Source: an uncultured beta proteobacterium (GTDB taxonomy: Bacteria; Pseudomonadota; Gammaproteobacteria; Burkholderiales; Burkholderiaceae_F). Taken from it: DNA of 64,000 bases. A model generated the notes under the pieces. That model had not been told where the DNA came from. It did not search any database and was given only the letters and a program-made list of their open reading frames with translations. The stretch spans positions 10,327 through 74,326 of the forward strand of contig CAWAHT010000001.1 in assembly GCA_963781975.1 (NCBI GenBank), in the 5' to 3' direction. Shown here piece after piece: positions 59,057-64,000 of this stretch (position 1 is the stretch's first letter; every line of letters starts with the position of its first letter). The translations under genes were made by a program, and so were the position numbers.

Positions 59057-59944
59057 ATGTCCACTGCGGGCCATGATGTCGTACGCCGGTTGCCGATTCC
59101 CGCGCAAGCGGGGATCGGCCTGCGCTTTGCCCACCACGACGAAGTGATCGAACACCGGCCGCCGGTCGCGTGGTTCGAGGTGCACATCGAGAACTACATG
59201 GGCGGCGGGGCCAATGTGCGTGCGCTCGAGACCGTGCGTGCAAGCTACCCGGTTTCGTTGCACGGTGTCGGCCTCTCGCTCGGGAGCGTCCAGGGGCCGG
59301 ACGAACGGCACCTGGATCGGATCAAGGCCGTGGCCGAGCGCATCGATCCGGCATTGGTGTCGGAGCACCTATCATGGAGTGCGGTTGGCGGCAGGTTCCT
59401 GCCGGACCTGCTGCCCTTGCCGATGACCGAGGAAGCCTTGCGGATCGTCTGCCGCAATGTCGACATTGCCCAGCAGCGACTGCAGCGCCGGATCCTCCTG
59501 GAAAACCCCTCGAGCTACCTGCGCTTGCGGCATTCGACCATCCCGGAATGGGAGTTCCTGGCGCAGGTCTCGCGTCGGACGGGCTGCGGCATCCTGTGCG
59601 ACGTCAACAACATCCATGTCAGCGCAAGCAACCACGGCTGGTCCGCCGCCGCTTACCTTGCCGCATTGCCTGCCGATGCGGTCGCGGAAATTCACCTGGC
59701 CGGCCATAGCCTGCGGACCCTGGCGGATGGCCGTTCGATCCGCATCGACGACCACGGGAGCCGCGTCTCGGCGGAGGTCTGGACCCTGTACGAACAGGCT
59801 CTTGCGCTATTCGGGCCCGTGCCGACCTTGATCGAATGGGACAACGACATTCCGGACCTGGCCGTCCTGCTGGACGAGGCCCGCCAGGCCAACGAAATGC
59901 TGGGGAGGGTCGGCCGCGATGCAACCCACGCCATCGCTGCTTGA
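59057..59944 (+). CDS. DUF692 multinuclear non-heme iron oxidative enzyme (MNIO, BufB-like)
   Basis: GIGLR, EVHIENY, SLHGVGLSLG, SEHLSW, DLLPLP, ENPSSY, DVNN, EIHLAGH, IDDHG, LIEWD. Confidence 0.95.
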   Translation: MSTAGHDVVRRLPIPAQAGIGLRFAHHDEVIEHRPPVAWFEVHIENYMGGGANVRALETVRASYPVSLHGVGLSLGSVQGPDERHLDRIKAVAERIDPALVSEHLSWSAVGGRFLPDLLPLPMTEEALRIVCRNVDIAQQRLQRRILLENPSSYLRLRHSTIPEWEFLAQVSRRTGCGILCDVNNIHVSASNHGWSAAAYLAALPADAVAEIHLAGHSLRTLADGRSIRIDDHGSRVSAEVWTLYEQALALFGPVPTLIEWDNDIPDLAVLLDEARQANEMLGRVGRDATHAIAA

Positions 59945-60740
59945 GACGCAGAACGCGATGCTGGCCGCCATCGCGGCCGCAAACCCCGGGCCGCTGGAGC
60001 GCTTCGTCGTGAGCGACGGCATCGGCGCGCACGAGCGCATCGGCATCCACCGCAATACGACGGGCCACACGCTCGTCAAGGCATTGCGCCTGGCGCATCC
60101 GGCCGTGCATCGCCTCGTGGGAGACGGCTTCTTCGAGGCGGCAGCCCGGACCTTCCTGGAGACCGAATGGCCGCAGTCGGCGCTGCTGGACGAATTCGGC
60201 GAAGGATTCGGGCGCTTTCTCGACGCATTCGAACCGGCTGCCTCCCTTGCCTATCTCGGGGACGTCGCCCGTTTGGAGTGGGCGGTACACCGGGCGCTGC
60301 ACGCCGCCGACGCGACGCCACTGGACCTGGCGCGCCTGGCTGCGGTACCGGAATCGCGAGTCGGCGAGCTGCGATTCCTTGCGCACCCCTCGCTGGCGTT
60401 CGTGCCGGTGTGCTGGGGCGCCGACGAGATCTGGCGCGCCGTCATCGAAGAAGACGACGCGGCGCTCGGCGCCATCGAAACGGCGCCGCAACGACGCTGG
60501 TTGATCGTCCAGCGCTCGTACAGCGCCGGCGTGAACGTGCAGGGAATGCCGGAAACGGACTGGCGCTTCGCCTTGTCCTTGTGCGCCGGCGCGCGGCTGG
60601 ACGAGGCGATCGCGGCGACGCCCGGCGACTCGCTTCGGCCCGGCGTGGAAGAGCTACTGGGCAAGTTGCTGGCGGACGGCCGGTTTACCGGCTTCGCGCT
60701 TGCGGCGGACGCCGGAAACCGAGCCGCCCCTCACCGATGA
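59919..60740 (+). CDS. DUF2063 MNIO partner protein (BufC-like)
   Basis: RIGIHRN..HPAV..LVGDGFF, YLGDVARLEWA, HPS; overlaps the DUF692 gene. Confidence 0.88.
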   Translation: MQPTPSLLETQNAMLAAIAAANPGPLERFVVSDGIGAHERIGIHRNTTGHTLVKALRLAHPAVHRLVGDGFFEAAARTFLETEWPQSALLDEFGEGFGRFLDAFEPAASLAYLGDVARLEWAVHRALHAADATPLDLARLAAVPESRVGELRFLAHPSLAFVPVCWGADEIWRAVIEEDDAALGAIETAPQRRWLIVQRSYSAGVNVQGMPETDWRFALSLCAGARLDEAIAATPGDSLRPGVEELLGKLLADGRFTGFALAADAGNRAAPHR

Positions 60741-61237
60741 CCCGGGAGAGATGCATGACCCGTTCGATTGCGCCGGACAGCCGATGGCGCGGCTGGACGC
60801 GGAACATTGCGAAGCTCGTCGGCACTCTGGACAGTCTTCCCTATTGGGCGCTCGCCATTCCTCTGCGCCTGGCGGTCGCGACGATCTTCTGGAATTCGGC
60901 GATGACCAAGCTCGACGACTGGAATGCCGCGCTGGCGCTGTTCACCGACGAGTACCGGGTGCCGGTGATTCCCCCCGTGATCGCCGCGTACCTTGCCGTC
61001 AGTGTCGAATTGACGACGCCGCTGCTGCTGGTCTCTGGATTGACGACGCGCCTGGCAGCCCTGGTGCTGCTGGGGATGACCGCCGTGATCGAAGTCTTCG
61101 TCTACCCGCAGGCCTGGCCCACGCACCTGCAGTGGTCCGCGATGCTCCTGGTATTGCTCTTTCGCGGTCCGGGCGCCGTGTCGCTCGATCACCTGATCCG
61201 GCGGTATGCAGACCGCCGCGCAGCCCGCGAGTCCTGA
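60737..61237 (+). CDS. DoxX-family membrane protein (alternative start 60755)
   Basis: RLAVA..FWNSAMTK, LF..EYRVP, GLTTRLAAL, YPQAWPTH..W, GPGAVSLD. Confidence 0.92.
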   Translation: MTRERCMTRSIAPDSRWRGWTRNIAKLVGTLDSLPYWALAIPLRLAVATIFWNSAMTKLDDWNAALALFTDEYRVPVIPPVIAAYLAVSVELTTPLLLVSGLTTRLAALVLLGMTAVIEVFVYPQAWPTHLQWSAMLLVLLFRGPGAVSLDHLIRRYADRRAARES

Positions 61238-61410
61238 CGCCTCGATCCGATGCCATTCGCGGCAGGGCGTCTTGATCGGCATCGAGGGGCTTTTGACTGT
61301 CTGCTCCTGCGCTGCCTGTATCTGGGCGCGGCGATGGCAGTGCCGGATGGCGACCGCAGTGGTCGCGACGCCGGCGAGAGCAGCGGTCCGGTCGGCAAAT
61401 GGCGGCATGC

Positions 61411-61566
61411 ACACATATACGTGTCTAAAAATGGCCCCTTATCGCAGATAACTACGTATATAGGGTTAAAAATAGCCCCATATAAATAGACCATTGGTGA
61501 CGTCGCGATGTACTATTATTAGCCTATTAAATGCGAAATAGTTTATTAACAGACTAATTTTGATAT
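61411..61566 (+). promoter_or_regulatory. AT-rich hipBA promoter/operator region
   Basis: TAAAAATRGCCCC at 61426 and 61467; imperfect palindrome ATATAGGGTTA-AAAA-TAGCCCCATAT at 61458-61483. Confidence 0.6.
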
Positions 61567-61890
61567 ATGACATTCGCACATCTGACGGACGGCGAAGTTG
61601 CCCTGCAACTTGCCAAATCGCTGCGCGCCTGGCGCGTGTCGCCGACCGGTGCCGGAATGACCCAGGCCGAGCTCGAAGAGAGAAGCGGGGTGAGCGCAAC
61701 CTCGCTAAAGCGCTTTGAGAAGACCGGCGCGATCACCCTGGGCAGCCTTATTGCCGTGATGCGGGCTCTCGGGCTCCTCGACCGCCTCGAGGATCTCGTC
61801 CCGCCCGCGAATGCGCCAGGACCCATGGCAAAGCTCGAGGCCGCGCGCGCCGCCGCGGCCAGGGCGCGCACGCGCGCGCCGCGCAGGTAG
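61567..61890 (+). CDS. XRE-family HTH protein, HipB-like antitoxin
   Basis: MTQAELEERSGVSATSLKRFEK HTH, directly upstream of HipA. Confidence 0.85.
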   Translation: MTFAHLTDGEVALQLAKSLRAWRVSPTGAGMTQAELEERSGVSATSLKRFEKTGAITLGSLIAVMRALGLLDRLEDLVPPANAPGPMAKLEAARAAAARARTRAPRR

Positions 61891-61917
61891 CTCGTCCAAC
61901 CGCATCGGCTTGCAGCC

Positions 61918-63306
61918 ATGGCGGATGACCTGGGCATCGTGGAGGTGAAGTTCCGGGGCCGGACCGTAGGCGCCGTGAGTCGCTCGGACAGCCCGCGGCT
62001 GCCGGGATTCTACGAATTTCAGTACGACAGGGACTTCGCCAGGAGCGGCCTCGAACTGTCGCCGGCCATGATGCCGCTTGGCCCGCGCATCTATTCCTTC
62101 CCCAGTCTCGGTCAGGAGACGTACCACGGACTGCCGGGGTTGATTGCCGACGCGCTGCCGGACAAGTTCGGAAATGCACTCATCAACGAATACATGGTTC
62201 GCAAGGGCGTGCGACCGCAGGACGTAACGACGCTGCAGCGCCTGGTCTACGTCGGGCGCCGCGCCATGGGTGCGCTGGAATTCGAACCCGCCGACGCCGA
62301 TCGCCACACCGATGCAGCCAGGACACCCCTTGAGCTCGCGGGCCTGGTGGAGGACGCACGCCGCGCCATCCGCGGCGAGGCCGCGGCTGTGACGCAAGAC
62401 ATCCTCGATGTCGGCAGCTCCGCCGGCGGCGCGCGCGCCAAGGCGGTGATCGGCTGGAACAGGACGACCAACCAGATCGTCTCCGGACAGCTCGATCTTC
62501 CTCGCGGCTTCGAGCACTGGCTGCTCAAGTTCGACGTGGCCAGGGACGGGTCCCTGAGCTACACGCAAGGCTTCGGTCGAATCGAGTACGCCCACTATCT
62601 CATGGCTATCGGGGCCGGCATCGATATGAGCGAATGCCGGCTGCTCGAGGAACGCGGTCGCGCGCACTTCATGACCAGGCGCTTTGATCGGCGCGGAAAC
62701 AGGAAGATCCACGTTCACAGCCTGTGCGGCATGGATCACCTGGACTTCAACATGCCGCGCACGCACGGTTACGAGCAATTCATGCGCCGCGTGCTGACGC
62801 TGAACCTGGGCGCTTCAGCGATGGAGCAGGCCTGGCTGCGTTGCGCGTTCAACGTCGTGGCGGTCAACTGCGACGATCACACGAAAAACATCGCGTTCAT
62901 GATGGACGAGACGGGCGCGTGGAGCCTGGCGCCAGCCTACGACATGTGCTTTTCCCACAACCCCGAGACCGGCAAGTGGACGAGCGAGCACCAGATGCGC
63001 GTCGCGGGCAAATCCTGGAATATCGACGCCCAGGATTTGCTGCATCTTGCCGATGCGTTCGGCGTCAAGCATGCCAGCGGACTGCTCAATCGGGTGATCG
63101 ATTCGCTCGCAAGGTGGCCGGCGCTCGCCAGGATGGTGGGCGTACCCCAGGACCAGATCGACCGTGTCGCCTCCTTTCGGCCGGATTGGGCACGCCATCC
63201 GCTGCCGGGTCCCTCGAAGACGACCGCCACCAAGAAGCCCGCGACCGCGAAGAAGACTGCCAAGGCAAAGAAACCCGCAGCCACAAGGACGACGCCCAGC
63301 TCCTGA
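61918..63306 (+). CDS. hipA: HipA-family Ser/Thr kinase toxin
   Basis: N-terminal coupled domain (FQYD..LSP..DALPDKFG), SAGGARAK, WLLKFD, RRFDR, NCDDHTKN, LAPAYD. Confidence 0.92.
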   Translation: MADDLGIVEVKFRGRTVGAVSRSDSPRLPGFYEFQYDRDFARSGLELSPAMMPLGPRIYSFPSLGQETYHGLPGLIADALPDKFGNALINEYMVRKGVRPQDVTTLQRLVYVGRRAMGALEFEPADADRHTDAARTPLELAGLVEDARRAIRGEAAAVTQDILDVGSSAGGARAKAVIGWNRTTNQIVSGQLDLPRGFEHWLLKFDVARDGSLSYTQGFGRIEYAHYLMAIGAGIDMSECRLLEERGRAHFMTRRFDRRGNRKIHVHSLCGMDHLDFNMPRTHGYEQFMRRVLTLNLGASAMEQAWLRCAFNVVAVNCDDHTKNIAFMMDETGAWSLAPAYDMCFSHNPETGKWTSEHQMRVAGKSWNIDAQDLLHLADAFGVKHASGLLNRVIDSLARWPALARMVGVPQDQIDRVASFRPDWARHPLPGPSKTTATKKPATAKKTAKAKKPAATRTTPSS

Positions 63307-63337
63307 TCCCGTCATCAGCAAGCATGAGAAGCGCACC

Positions 63338-63619
63338 TCATCCGCGCTTGCGTCGTTTCCCTCTTGCTTGCTCTAGCAAACCGGACGCATTGGCAGGATC
63401 GCGCAGCCATAGGCAAAGCGCGACTGCTGTGTTTTCGTCCAAGGCGTTGACAATCGCACGCTGGCGCTCCGGATCATCGCGCTGTTCGATGACCTGCTGT
63501 GCGGCCGCCTTGACGGCATCGGGGTCGACTTTCAACTCCTCCAAGCGCTTAACTTGCGCGGTGGCGAAAGTCCAGCGCCCAAAAAGCCCTATCAGCTGCG
63601 AATCGACGTTTGCGTTCAT
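63338..63619 (-). CDS. Hypothetical protein
   Basis: Helical 93-aa ORF (MNANVDSQL...), lower GC than the window average, convergent with hipA. Confidence 0.5.
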   Translation of the reverse strand: MNANVDSQLIGLFGRWTFATAQVKRLEELKVDPDAVKAAAQQVIEQRDDPERQRAIVNALDENTAVALCLWLRDPANASGLLEQARGKRRKRG

Positions 63620-64000
63620 GGTTCGTAAAAAAGAAAACAAACATGCTGCGGAGTAGCGGAGAGGTGCCTTGAAGCGGTCTTGCGTGGCGCGTGCTACCAC
63701 CCCGCTGTTTGCACTGCAAGAAATGGGGGGTTGGGAAAGTCCGGAGATGGTGCGGCTTGGCATCCTGCCTACCGGACCACCGCTCATTGGATTTTGAAAT
63801 TCTATGGTTGCAGGTCCATGCGCCTCGTTCAGAAGGGTCGGCTCAACCGGGATCGTGTGGAGATTCACTCCGCGGGCGCCGGACCCTGGATCTAGGGTGT
63901 GTTTTCTTCCGTAAGGAGGCCCGCTCGACTATGTCGCGCGCCCGCGACAGCGCGTCCCGGGTTGGACCCGGGAGAGCTTGCGCGAGCACCTGGTCAATTG

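Overview
Very GC-rich bacterial chromosomal window; gene content and REP-type repeats suggest a betaproteobacterium (inference). Left to right: the 3' end of dnaE2; an orphan pseudopilin coupled to a membrane HAMP-GGDEF-EAL protein; SRPBCC; YgiQ radical SAM; a REP cluster; an RND efflux operon; a small basic hypothetical protein; a TRAP transporter; tRNA-Lys(CTT); glpD; a TPR protein; hutH-hutU/hutI-hutG-hutF; a seven-gene run (GT1, two cupins, ALDH, YyaL-like, acyltransferase, ChrA); modABC; zwf-glk; frmA-fghA; a serine hydrolase; a putative low-oxygen module (MFS, P-type H+-ATPase, orphan ATP-grasp-like ligase, Hsp20, CBS, nitroreductase, NarL-type two-component pair, FNR, several FNR-like boxes); an NHL lipoprotein; a bufferin-type DUF2282/DUF692/DUF2063/DoxX RiPP cluster; and hipBA with a lysine-rich HipA tail. 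The RND, hut and zwf genes carry many frameshifts that look like assembly artefacts. No CRISPR, rRNA, integrase or transposase was seen. Best candidates for undescribed biology: the pseudopilin/c-di-GMP pair, the FNR-box-associated ATP-grasp/H+-ATPase operon, and the GT1-cupin operon. All calls come from reading motifs by eye; no searches were run.
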